Origin: an uncultured Chroococcidiopsis sp.
GTDB taxonomy: Bacteria > Cyanobacteriota > Cyanobacteriia > Cyanobacteriales > Chroococcidiopsidaceae
NCBI GenBank assembly: GCA_964248365.1
Contig: CAXTYC010000003.1
Location: forward strand, 192,001-256,000
DNA: 64,000 bases
Reading direction: 5' to 3'
The position numbers and the translations under genes are program-made. Shown piece by piece: positions 42,158 through 52,593 of this stretch. The number at the start of each line of letters is the position of its first letter. Within the stretch, counting starts at the first letter, position 1. The notes under the pieces are model-generated. The model made no database searches, was not told the origin of the DNA, and was given only the letters and a program-made list of their open reading frames with translations.

Positions 42158-43519
42158 ATGGAAGTTTACTGCACACGTCCAGGCTGCCCCCGTCCGCAAA
42201 ACTATTTTGCTGATTTAGATAATAGCGCCACATTGAGGACTGTGGAGCAGAAGTATTGCACCTGCTGCGGTATGCCCCTGATTTTACAGGGGCGCTATCT
42301 GCCCAAGGCGTTGTTAGGGCAAGGGGGGTTTGGCGCGGCATTTTTGGCACGCGATCGCTACACCCCTGGAATGCGTGAGTGTGTAGTGAAGCTATTCAAA
42401 CCCACTGGCGATCTAAGTTCCACCCAATTAGCAACTGCTCAAACTCTATTTGAACGCGAGGCAGCAGCTTTAGAACAGCTTGGAGATCAACACGACCAAA
42501 TCCCCGATTTGTTAGCTTTCTTTGACTTAACTGTATCAAGTTGGCAACCGGGCAAGCAGGAACGGTTTTTTTATCTGGTACAGGAATTTATTAACGGACA
42601 AACTTTGGAGGAGGAACTAGCAATTCGAGGGAATTTTTCCCAATCTGAAGTATTAGAGGTGCTGCAAGCGATTTTGCCCGTCTTGCAATTTGTGCATGAG
42701 CATGGCTCTATTCATCGAGATATCAAGCCTTCTAATATCATGCGTCATCGCAATGGCAAGCTTTACTTGCTAGATTTCGGTGCAGTAAAACAAGTGACAA
42801 GTGCAGCCGGAAAAACTATTTCTGGTTCGACAGGAATTTATTCGATGGGGTTTGCACCACCAGAACAAGTAGCTGGGGGAGAAATATACCCATCTACAGA
42901 TTTGTATGCTTTGGCAGTGACTATTGTCACTTTACTTACTGGTAAGAAACCAACAGAACTGTTTGATGTCAGTCGTAATCAATGGAAGTGGCGTTCGCAT
43001 ACTCAGGTGAGTGACAAGCTTGCCAATGTCTTAAACAAAATGTTATCCCTTGAGCCAAAACAACGCTTTCAATCAGCGACAGAGGTGATGAAAGCGCTCA
43101 ATTTGCCTAATATACCATCACCGCACCCAGGGCAGCCACCACCAATCACACCGCGCTCATCTCCCCGACCAACTTTTTCTACCCTAGAGATTTTATCTGG
43201 GGCTGCTTTTAGTGGATTTGAAGGCGGTTTAATTGCGATCGCCCTTTACGGGCTACTATCAAAACCAGTCATCAGCTTTGCCATAGCTGCACTGATTTTA
43301 GGCGGTCTGATTTTTGCTCAATACCGCCGCTGGATTGAAAAAATAGATTTATTGATTATTGGTAGTATTTCTTTAGTAATTGTTTTTTTAGTTCCAGTTT
43401 TACAAGCTGGGCTTACAATCACTGTAGTAGCATATTTGGCAATTGTATCTGGACTAGTTGCGATCGCGCTGACCGCTTTATTTAAACTAATTTACAAATT
43501 GCTTTCCCAAATTCTTTAA
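42158..43519 (+). CDS. Membrane-anchored Hanks-type Ser/Thr kinase with an N-terminal 4-Cys zinc ribbon
   Basis: It has CTRPGC...CTCCG, LGQGGFG, HRDIKPSN, DFG and FAPPEQ, and four C-terminal hydrophobic helices. Confidence 0.93.
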   Translation: MEVYCTRPGCPRPQNYFADLDNSATLRTVEQKYCTCCGMPLILQGRYLPKALLGQGGFGAAFLARDRYTPGMRECVVKLFKPTGDLSSTQLATAQTLFEREAAALEQLGDQHDQIPDLLAFFDLTVSSWQPGKQERFFYLVQEFINGQTLEEELAIRGNFSQSEVLEVLQAILPVLQFVHEHGSIHRDIKPSNIMRHRNGKLYLLDFGAVKQVTSAAGKTISGSTGIYSMGFAPPEQVAGGEIYPSTDLYALAVTIVTLLTGKKPTELFDVSRNQWKWRSHTQVSDKLANVLNKMLSLEPKQRFQSATEVMKALNLPNIPSPHPGQPPPITPRSSPRPTFSTLEILSGAAFSGFEGGLIAIALYGLLSKPVISFAIAALILGGLIFAQYRRWIEKIDLLIIGSISLVIVFLVPVLQAGLTITVVAYLAIVSGLVAIALTALFKLIYKLLSQIL

Positions 43520-43546
43520 CTAAGTTTTGGCATTTAAGCGATTTAT

Positions 43547-44968
43547 ATGACCCAAAAAAAAGAAACAATTATTTTACTTCTGGCACTTTTAATCACATTG
43601 GGATTAGTAGGTGGTGGAGTTTGGCTATTCAAAAATGTTATATTCGCTCAGTCCCCAACAACACCACCTAATACCAACCCTACATCAGCTAGCCCTCTAT
43701 CGGGAATACAAGGAGTAATCAGTTTTGGCGAAAAAACTCTCATTCCAGGTCAAGTTAGTCCAGCAAAACAAGCTGGTTTAGAAGCGATATCCCAGCAAAA
43801 GTGGAGCCTTGCTGTAGCAAATTTGCAACAAGCATTAAAACAAAATCGCAACGCTCCAGAAACATTAATTTACCTCAATAATGCCAAAATTGCTAATCAA
43901 AAAAGCTATATAATCGCTACATCTGTACCAGCGGGGACAAATCCCAATGGCAGTATGGAGGTTTTACGCGGCGTTGCCCAGGCGCAAAACGAAATTAATA
44001 GTAATGGGGGAATTAATGGCGTACCATTGAAAGTGGCGATCGCTAACGACGACAATCAAGAAGACGAGGGAAAACAGGTAGCCACCGCTTTAGTTAACAA
44101 TCCCGAAGTTTTAGGTGTAGTCGGTCACTGGGCTAGTCAAGTGACTTTAGCAACTTCCCCAATCTATAACTCTGGTAAACTCGTAGCAATTTCCCCAGTC
44201 AGTACTTCAGTTAAACTTTCTGGCATTAGCCCCTACATTTTTCGCACAGTTCCCAGTGATTATATAGCTGCTAGGGCTTTAGCCAATTATATGTTGAATC
44301 AGCTGCGACTCAAAAAAGCAGCTGTTTTTTTCAATCCTCAAAGTGCCTACAGTCAGTCATTAAAATCCGAGTTCGCTGCGGCTGTGTTACTGGGAGGAGG
44401 ACAGGTAAAAGGTGAGTTTGATTTGTCAGATCCCAGTTTAAGCGCAGCCAGCAGTATTAAATCTGCCATCAAGCAAGGGGCAGAAGTTTTGATGTTAGCG
44501 CCTAACACCGGATCTAATACTGTAATCGTAGACAAAGCCCTACAAATCGTGCAAGTAAACCAAAAACGGCTAAAAGTATTGGGCGGTGATGCTCTTTATA
44601 CCACTACCACTTTGGAAGTAGGGGGAGATGCAGCTAGGGATATGGTGATAGCAGTTCCTTGGGATATTGACACCAATTCAGGCTCAGAATTTGTCCGTCA
44701 ATCCTTGCAGCTTTGGGGTGCTGAAGTAAACTGGCGTACCGCCCTTGCCTACAATGCAACAAAAGCTTTGATTGCAGCTATCGGGAAGTCTCCAACTCGC
44801 ACTGGGGTACAACAAGCTCTTTCTAATGCCAACTTTTCTACAACCGGAGCTGCTGGCACTATTAGCTTCTTACCTTCGGGTGATATCAATGCACCAGTGG
44901 AGCTAGTGAAAATTGTTCCCAGTGTTAATTCTAGTACTAGATATGACTTTGTTCCAGTGCGACAATAG
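43547..44968 (+). CDS. Orphan LivK/receptor-family (type 1 PBP) solute-binding protein with an N-terminal TM helix and TPR-like helices
   Basis: Motifs GVAQAQNEIN..GGING, VLGVVGH, YIFRTVPSD and WRTALAY. Confidence 0.88.
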   Translation: MTQKKETIILLLALLITLGLVGGGVWLFKNVIFAQSPTTPPNTNPTSASPLSGIQGVISFGEKTLIPGQVSPAKQAGLEAISQQKWSLAVANLQQALKQNRNAPETLIYLNNAKIANQKSYIIATSVPAGTNPNGSMEVLRGVAQAQNEINSNGGINGVPLKVAIANDDNQEDEGKQVATALVNNPEVLGVVGHWASQVTLATSPIYNSGKLVAISPVSTSVKLSGISPYIFRTVPSDYIAARALANYMLNQLRLKKAAVFFNPQSAYSQSLKSEFAAAVLLGGGQVKGEFDLSDPSLSAASSIKSAIKQGAEVLMLAPNTGSNTVIVDKALQIVQVNQKRLKVLGGDALYTTTTLEVGGDAARDMVIAVPWDIDTNSGSEFVRQSLQLWGAEVNWRTALAYNATKALIAAIGKSPTRTGVQQALSNANFSTTGAAGTISFLPSGDINAPVELVKIVPSVNSSTRYDFVPVRQ

Positions 44969-44994
44969 CAATCTTGGCAACATGAGAGAAAATA

Positions 44995-45717
44995 ATGACT
45001 TGGGCAGATTTCCTCATCCGCTTGCTACTGGCATTTATTCTGGGTGCAGCCATTGGTATAGAAAGACAATGGCAGAAAACCAGGGCAGTTCTCAAAACCA
45101 ATGTTTTAGTATGCATCGGCGCTGCCATGTTTGTCATGATGTCATCTATGGTTCCTGGTGATTCAAGTCCAACGCGGGTTGCAGCCCAGGTAGTATCTGG
45201 CATTGGTTTTCTCGGCGGCGGCGTGATTCTCCGCGAAGGAACTAGTGTACGTGGACTAAATACAGCAGCAACCTTGTGGTGTGCAGCAGCTGTTGGCACT
45301 TTTGTAGGTTGTGGGTTACTCTTTCAAGCTTACTTTGGTACTTTAGCCGTCGTGGGAGCTAACCTACTACTGCGACCGCTAGTACAATTGTTTCAACAAC
45401 TTGATGAGCAATTAATCACTCACACAAAACCAGAAGCCCGCTATTGCTGCCGAATGATCTGTCCTTATGAAGATGAAGCTACTGTACGCAATTTGCTATC
45501 AGAACAATTCCAAGGCAAGGAACTGGTGTTAACTGCTTTGTCTATTAAAAATATCGATCTTGAGAATATATACAATTTAGCTCAGGTAGAAATTAAAGCA
45601 GATTTTATCTGTGATGGTCGCCAAGATGCTATTTTGTCAGAATTTATCACTTTGCTCAGGTCGAACGTCAGAGTTAGTGCAATCAAATGGGAGTTTATTT
45701 CAGAGGACACTGATTGA
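44995..45717 (+). CDS. MgtC/SapB-family membrane protein
   Basis: Motifs GAAIGIERQ, RVAAQVVSGIGFLGGG and GLNTAATLW. Confidence 0.92.
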   Translation: MTWADFLIRLLLAFILGAAIGIERQWQKTRAVLKTNVLVCIGAAMFVMMSSMVPGDSSPTRVAAQVVSGIGFLGGGVILREGTSVRGLNTAATLWCAAAVGTFVGCGLLFQAYFGTLAVVGANLLLRPLVQLFQQLDEQLITHTKPEARYCCRMICPYEDEATVRNLLSEQFQGKELVLTALSIKNIDLENIYNLAQVEIKADFICDGRQDAILSEFITLLRSNVRVSAIKWEFISEDTD

Positions 45718-45848
45718 ACACCTAAAAGCGATTAGCTTTTAGCTGAAAGAGTACGGATAAATTCGAGTTCCTGAAATATTGGTTATGCGACATTTTTTAT
45801 TTTTCCAGTGATAAATTAAGGAGAACCTGAACCTCTGACAATTGTCTT

Positions 45849-45902
45849 GGAAAGTTCGGGATCAGTTGGGGGAACCCCAACTGTATTTTACCCCGACTTT
45901 CC
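45849..45902. repeat. Nested hairpin element
   Basis: GGAAAGTTCGGG...CAGTTGGGG-GAA-CCCCAACTG...CCCGACTTTCC. Confidence 0.6.
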
Positions 45903-46275
45903 GCTAGCTAACCGCTAATAGCTAATTGCTTTGTAGTCATTTTTATAACTCAGTACAACTACGTACGCAATTTTACTGAAAGCAGATAAAGTATTTGAAA
46001 TTTTTCCGTGATTTCACGGTTGGATTCTGACTAGAAGGGCGGTAACTTATTTCTTTATATATATGGTATTTATTACTTTCAACTTTTGCTTTTAAAGCAG
46101 AAGTTTGAAACAAAAATACTTAAGCTTTTATAAATAATAACTTTACCTAAATTTATTTGCCCTCCCAGGCGTGGCTAATCGTTTACAGAAGGCGATCGCG
46201 TGGCTGCTTGTAAGCTTAATAGTTGAGCCTCGTTTTATCTTTATTCATTTTGTTATTTAGGTTTATAAAGGGATT

Positions 46276-47697
46276 ATGTTACAAAGAAAAAAAAATGCAG
46301 TCCTGATCTTATATTTAATTGCCCTTTGTTTGATAGGACCTTTAATTTTTTGGTTGAGTTATCGGGGAAATTTATCTCCACAATTTGGGTTACAACGAAT
46401 TGGCAACAATGGTTTATTTGGGGTAAACAAAAATCCAGCCACTCAAAAACGAATTAGTTTAGGTAATAAAGTTTTAGTAACAGCAGATAATAACCCAGAT
46501 AAACAGGCAGGAGTGCAAGCATTTGGCTCTGGTGACTATAACACTGCTGTGGAGAAATTCAGTTCATCCTTGCGAATAAATCGTAACGATCCAGAAACAT
46601 GGATTTATCTAGAAAATGCGGCGGCGGCGGCAATTAGTAACACAATTAAAATCGGCGTTAGTGTGCCTATTGGTGGCAACCTAAATGTAGCAAGAGAAAT
46701 TTTGCGCGGCGTGGCTCAGGCTCAATACGAAACTAATCATAGTGGTGGTATTGGTGGAAAGCTCATTCAGGTTGAAATTGCTAATGATGATAATGATCCA
46801 GCCACTGCTAGACAAATTGCCACTGAGTTTGTTAAAGATTCTAGTATTTTGGCAGTAGTAGGACATAACTCTAGTGATGCTTCGATTGCTGCTGCTATGG
46901 TGTATCAACAGGGCGGTTTGGTGATGGTTTCCCCTACTAGCGTTGCCCGTGCCTTATCTGGAGTTGGTAGCTATATATTTCGTACTACCCCCAATACTAG
47001 AGCGATCGCAGAAGCCCTTGCTCGTTATACCGTCAATTCTGCCCACAAAACTAAAATTGCTATTTGCTCTGATACGCAAGCTGAAGCTAGTCAGTCGTTC
47101 CAAGACGAGTTTAATTGGGCTTTATTTGATTATGGCGGTAAAGTTATCGACATAAGTTGTAATTTTTCCGCTCCAAATTTCAATCCTAATGACATTCCCT
47201 CACAAGCTGTTAGTGCTGGCGCAGAAAGTCTGTTGTTAGCTCCCTCGGTAAACAAAATTAATCAAGCCGTAGACGTAGCACGAGCAAATAAAGGGCGACT
47301 AGAGCTACTTGGTAGTCACACAATGTATACTTTCCAAACCTTACAGGAGGGTAAAGCAGATATAAACTCAATGGTGCTGTCTGTACCTTGGCATCGCGGG
47401 GCAATTGCTGGGAGTTCTTTTCCCACTAATGCCAAAAGATTTTGGGGTGCTTCTGGGAGTTGGCGTACTGCTATGGCATATGATGCGACGGGGGCTATTG
47501 TTGCTGGGCTAAAGTTTGGCTCAAATCGTGAGAAACTGCAAAAAGCACTGTCTAATTCAGGTTTCTCAGTTAAAGGTGCAACAGGAGTAGTTCAGTTTCT
47601 GCCATCAGGCGATCGCAACATGAAAGGCATTTTAGTCAGAGTTCAGCCTGGTAATAGCTCTGGTACAGGCTACGATTTTGTGCCATTTGAGCCTTAG
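46276..47697 (+). CDS. Second orphan LivK/receptor-family solute-binding protein, paralog of the 43547 gene
   Basis: Same length (473 aa) and motifs: PETWIYLEN, ILRGVAQAQ, YIFRTTP, WRTAMAYDA and YDFVP. Confidence 0.88.
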   Translation: MLQRKKNAVLILYLIALCLIGPLIFWLSYRGNLSPQFGLQRIGNNGLFGVNKNPATQKRISLGNKVLVTADNNPDKQAGVQAFGSGDYNTAVEKFSSSLRINRNDPETWIYLENAAAAAISNTIKIGVSVPIGGNLNVAREILRGVAQAQYETNHSGGIGGKLIQVEIANDDNDPATARQIATEFVKDSSILAVVGHNSSDASIAAAMVYQQGGLVMVSPTSVARALSGVGSYIFRTTPNTRAIAEALARYTVNSAHKTKIAICSDTQAEASQSFQDEFNWALFDYGGKVIDISCNFSAPNFNPNDIPSQAVSAGAESLLLAPSVNKINQAVDVARANKGRLELLGSHTMYTFQTLQEGKADINSMVLSVPWHRGAIAGSSFPTNAKRFWGASGSWRTAMAYDATGAIVAGLKFGSNREKLQKALSNSGFSVKGATGVVQFLPSGDRNMKGILVRVQPGNSSGTGYDFVPFEP

Positions 47698-47704
47698 AAG
47701 TATT

Positions 47705-48658
47705 TTAGCCAAACAAGGCTAGCCAAAAAGGAATCATTAGCGGCAACATTAACGTACTAAGGAGTATGCTGCTAGTAGCCAACTGGCGATCGAGGTTGTA
47801 CTCTTCCGCCAAAATTACATTGACAAAGGCAGTAGGCATTCCTGACATTAAAACCATAGCTAAGCGAGCATCATGAGAAAACCCTAGAATCGTCAGAACT
47901 AATCCTGCTATTCCTGGCAAAACAACCATTTTTAAAGTAGTAGGAATTAAAGCGCTATACAAACTTCCTATTCCTTCAAATTGCGATAGCTGCATTCCTA
48001 TAAGCAAAAATGCACTAGGAATTACAAATGATACGCAAGTCTGTAATCCCGACTCGATAGATTCAGGAAATTGGATGTTGCGACTGTACCAACCAATCGC
48101 AAATGCCCACAGTGAGGGTACACTTATCATGTCGCGCAGCTGAATCCACCAGTGGCTTCCCCGCCCAGAACGACCAAAATAGCTAGCAAGAAAAACTCCC
48201 AATCCATAGCTACCAAGCAAATTATGGGCAACGCCATATAGCACAATCCAAGTTAAATAAGCCTTACTAACGAAAGTAGGAACGAGCGCTAACCCTACAT
48301 AGCTAGTATTGCCCAACATTGAAGCTAAAATAAAACTGCCCTGACTAGAGCGATTTGTTGGGCAAACTTTATCTAATATTTTATTATTGAGCAAGTGGTA
48401 GGCAAGCGGCTTCAAATAGTACAAGCTCAAGCTTGCTAACACTAAACCTAATAGCAACACTTGTATTGTAGTTAAAGGAGGAACCCAAATAGCTTTAGCA
48501 AAATTTGAATTATGAGCAAGCGCAAAAATTTGCACTGGAAAGCCTAGCCAATATAGACTGCGACCGATTAGCTTAGGCAATTTCGATGATACAAAATGAA
48601 ACCTTAATAGTATTGCACCCAAACTTGTCCAAAAAATACTTATTGCTATTACCAACAT
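47705..48658 (-). CDS. AEC (auxin efflux carrier) family transporter
   Basis: Motifs GNTSYVG and MPTAF...ILAEEYNLD, with about 10 TM segments. Confidence 0.88.
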   Translation of the reverse strand: MLVIAISIFWTSLGAILLRFHFVSSKLPKLIGRSLYWLGFPVQIFALAHNSNFAKAIWVPPLTTIQVLLLGLVLASLSLYYLKPLAYHLLNNKILDKVCPTNRSSQGSFILASMLGNTSYVGLALVPTFVSKAYLTWIVLYGVAHNLLGSYGLGVFLASYFGRSGRGSHWWIQLRDMISVPSLWAFAIGWYSRNIQFPESIESGLQTCVSFVIPSAFLLIGMQLSQFEGIGSLYSALIPTTLKMVVLPGIAGLVLTILGFSHDARLAMVLMSGMPTAFVNVILAEEYNLDRQLATSSILLSTLMLPLMIPFWLALFG

Positions 48659-48984
48659 TTTAGTTCAATTACTTTACCAAGTAATTACAAATATATTTTT
48701 GAGTTCTTGACATGAATGATTACTCAATCATAAGCGAGGAAATTGAGTTTGGTAAGTTATTAATACGAGGCTCAAACTTCTTAACCTTAAAGTTACAAAC
48801 CTTCCACAGTGCAGTAAATAAATACTGTATAATTAGTACCGTTCAGTTAAGAAAGTAAATCTTATTTAAAGAATTTTATTCCTGTATTGATCAGTTGGAG
48901 TTCAGGCTCATTTCAACAACAAAAATAAGCGTAATCTCAACACCATGAATACATAGGCAACGCCGATTAAAGAACGCAAGTAAG

Positions 48985-49212
48985 CTCATATCTTGCACGA
49001 GTATTTAAATGAAGCGGATGCTCTATTTTTTGGTTCCGAGGCTAGGTTCCTTGTCACTTGGGTTAGCTAGCTCTTCTCCTACTTTCTTCCCACTGTAAGA
49101 TTATCTAACTTTATCTTTTCTCTGTGTTCTTTGTGTCCTCTGCGGTTCATTAAAAACTTATGTATTCTTTGGGCGGGAAAGAGGTAGCAATCCCACAGGT
49201 GCAAGATCGGCA
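48985..49212. mobile_element. Miniature element with CTCATATCTTGCAC ends, carrying a nested insert of about 109 bp
   Basis: It is homologous to 52280-52397 at both ends. The extra segment 49079-49187 has its own imperfect inverted ends. Confidence 0.7.
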
Positions 49213-50238
49213 GGTAAGACTACTGTCAGTTTGCAACCTTTCATTTTGTAAAAATCAGACCAATCAAGACTAAATATCTGCACTGTCAATCTCTGTCCGA
49301 TTAACTATGCATTCCTGTACTTAGTTGCTCTAGATACTTTAAATGCGTCTACATATTTATTTAATCGCATTTACTTAAAAAAACAGTAAAGGTATACACA
49401 AAAATTGGATAAACTTTGGTTAATTAAAAATTGTTACTCTGCTAATTGGAAATTACAAAAAAATAGCTATATAGCAACTCTTTTGGAGCGTGAATCTTCC
49501 ATTGTGCTTGCCCTTTGTCCTTTGAGTTAGGGAAAAGGGAAAAGAGAGCAAAGGGGAGCAAAGGGAAGCAAAGGGAAAAGGTAATTTCGACTTCCATACT
49601 TCTAACTTTCTACTTCATACTTCTATTAGGCTTCCGACTACCTACTTCTGTACGTGGGGGCTTATTTGGGTTATCTGTTGCCCAATTGAGTATCTGTTAA
49701 ATCCTTGCTACGACTAATAACGAATGACTAATAACTATTGACTAACAACCAATGACAAATGACTAATGACAACTACCACATCAAGAAGTTTTAGCAGATC
49801 TTGATTATTCAACTGAGATTTTGCATCTACGCTATCAATGCAAAGCTGAGTTTAAACCTTTGATTTGTAAACTTTTCTCTTTATTTATTTGCTCTTGTAA
49901 GCCAGTTTAGGGGAAAATATTAGGTTTATTAAATCGAGGCAAATAGTTAAAAACAGCACTCGAATAAAATATACTATTCTAAAAAACTTTAGTTATTAAT
50001 AAAGTTAGTTAATCTTTGTGCTACTTGCAGAAATAAAAATGGTGTTCGAGCAAATTATTTCCATCATGAATCAATTACAAACTTGGGTGCTATTTCAAGC
50101 TAAAGTCACTTACTTAATCTTTTCATCCGCTTAGAATGAGGGCATTTTAATATGCTTGACTACAAGTAATTAGGTAGGCAAAACACCTGCGACACCAACA
50201 CGCATAGCATCTTCACATACACAACGAGCTACTAAATC

Positions 50239-51022
50239 ATGAAAAATATTACTAACCACACTTCAGAGTCACAAGCTATCACCCCTCCATTACAAGTGCC
50301 GGAAGTAATGTCTTGGTTTGAATTAATCATCAATCAGCAGCAACAACTTCAGCAGTACCAAAAGCAGCTAGAGACACAACAACAGCAGCTAAAAGAACCA
50401 CAGCAACAACTGGATGCACTCACAGGCGAACTATCTCAAATCAAAAACCCTACCGCCCAACCCAAAACCTCTAAACCAAGAGCGAATTATAGAAATACTC
50501 TGGCAAAACTAACAAAACGTTTGGCTGGAATTTCTGGTAGTGCAAAATATCAACCCAGGTTTGCACTACAACAAATTTTGTTTTCCTATATTGGTAGTTT
50601 CATCGGTATTGCAGCATTGGCTTATCTAACAGCCGATTCCGGTTATCCTTTGATTGCGGCTCCGTTTGGAGCTGCTGCTGCTGTACTGCTATTTGCTGCG
50701 CCCGATAGCCCCTTGGCTCAACCACGCAATTGTATTGTTGGTAATTTTTTGGGTGGTTTAGTCAGCCTGATTATGGTGCATTTATTTGGTTTGTGAACCT
50801 TGGGTAATGGCTTTAGCCGTCGCCACTGTTATCAAGGTGATGCAACTAACAAAAACTCTACATCCTCCTGGTGGGGCTGTTGCTTTGGTAGGAGTAATGA
50901 GTAAAGCCCATTGGAGCTTTCTTTTAACTCCTGTCCTAGCAGGTTCTGTAATTTTAGTACTTTGTACCGTAGCTTTTAATAACTTGATGCCAGGGAGATC
51001 TTATCCTAAACATTGGTTGTAA
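50239..51022 (+). pseudogene. HPP-family membrane protein with an N-terminal Gln-rich coiled coil, frameshifted near 50790
   Basis: APFGA...PDSPLAQPRN is in one frame and EPWVMALAV...TLHPPGGAVAL is in the next. Confidence 0.85.
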
Positions 51023-51446
51023 TTGGATTGCTGATAACTTGCGCTCTTTAGGCGGCTTTTATCGAGTTATTTGTGCTTCATAAATCATTAGGTTCTGCCA
51101 CATCACAGTTTCGGCATTTGGCATTTCCGTTTAAGGGAAGTGGCAAATGCTTTTGAATGAGTAGCAACCTAAGAATCATCTTCAATGTATCAGAAACTAC
51201 TCGTACTTAAACCGTGTATCCCTTTTCTAAGTACGTTTTTTGGAAAGAGGAGAAAGCAGTTATGCCCAATTATTAGATTAATTAAAACTAGAAATATATC
51301 AACTCAAACTTATGATTTTTACTGAATTAATACCATAATAATTGTTTTTAAATTATAGCTCCATCAAAGCGCTTAGCTCCTACTCTTTTTGTTGATTTTT
51401 AGTTTAATCAAACTCATAAATTTGATAGATTTAGAGGAGATTTTCT

Positions 51447-51849
51447 CTGAGTAATTTGCGCCAAAAAAGAAAACAAGTTTTTCTCGCCATCTTGGCTGCG
51501 GTTAGCAGTAGCGGGGTTGTTACAGCTGCCCCTACACCAGACATGGAGATTCCTAAACAAATTTTCTTAACAGTTGCAGATGTGGCTATGTGTACAGTAA
51601 TCTGGGATATTTACTTTGACGAAGAGCTAGCGCAGAAATTTATTAGACTTGGGACTTATAACTGTGATTAGCGTAGTAACGGCTTTCATTACTGCCAAAG
51701 CAATCACCGCTCTAATTAGTCAAATAACCAATTGGTTAAAACCAATTGGATGGGTAGTTACAGGTTTAATTGCAGGTTTGGCAACAAGTCTCTTAGGAAT
51801 TGGGTGGGCGTTTTACTGTGATGATTTTTATAGACACCAAAGTCGCTAA
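51447..51849 (+). pseudogene. DUF697/EcsC-like small membrane protein, frameshifted near 51640
   Basis: AAPTP...ADVAM..IWDIYF is followed by a hydrophobic PIGWVVTGLIAG in another frame. A GGAG Shine-Dalgarno precedes an in-frame CTG at 51447. Confidence 0.6.
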
Positions 51850-52015
51850 GCTAATCTACGATTTGCATTATAGATTTTTTGTGATGGGTGTCTTGCGTCA
51901 TTTGTTATTAGTCAAGAGTCATTAGTATTGAACAAAAGACAGTCGTACACTCGTACAAATAGCCAAAAACACAAAAACCTTGATTAGTCTTAATGTAGAA
52001 TATCTAAACCTTGTA

Positions 52016-52143
52016 TAGCAATCCTATTTGAGCCATAAATACTGCTAGAAAGTTATCATGTCCTTGGTAGTTACAAAGGACGCAAAGGCAAAGGACACTC
52101 ATACAACCACTTTGAAAGATTCACGAATTATTTAGGATTGCTA
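52016..52143. mobile_element. MITE with TAGCAATCCTA terminal inverted repeats (IS630-like TA ends)
   Basis: TAGCAATCCTA at 52016-52026 and TAGGATTGCTA at 52133-52143. Confidence 0.7.
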
Positions 52144-52279
52144 GATTTGGAGAAATAAACTTTTTTAACGTTTTATATCAAACTTATCCCATTGGTGTAT
52201 GTAATCTTATTCAAGTAAATGCTTCGTAAATAGTTATAGATTTTTTATTTCAATAAGATTAAAAAGAGATTATGCTCAA

Positions 52280-52397
52280 CTCATATCTTGTACCAGTATT
52301 TAAATGAGCCTCTTCTCTATTTTTTGGTTTCAAGGCGTAAGCGTAGGAACGAGGGTTAGCAAACTCTTCTGTTGGCAATCCCACAGGTGCCACTGAG
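52280..52397. mobile_element. Degenerate miniature element, uninterrupted sibling of 48985-49212
   Basis: CTCATATCTTGTACCAGTATTTAAATGA ... ctcttct ... caatcccacaggtgc. Confidence 0.7.
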
Positions 52398-52593
52398 GTT
52401 TTCTAAAAGGCAACTACTGATGATATAAGTAAAATTAGTTACTCAACATCTAACTATACAGCAATGGTTTGAGATGGGTAAACGTTATTATCCTGCGGTT
52501 TTTCACTCCAAGAGCGAGGAATTGTACAAAACAGTAAACAGGCGTTGCATACAGCACAGGGCTTATAATTTTCCGCAAAAGCGGTAATCGGCT

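Noticed and set aside
52068..52096. GGACGCAAAGGC resembling a c-di-GMP-I riboswitch core
   Set aside because: It sits inside the 52016-52143 MITE and lacks the upstream GGCAAAC stem and the P2 hairpin.
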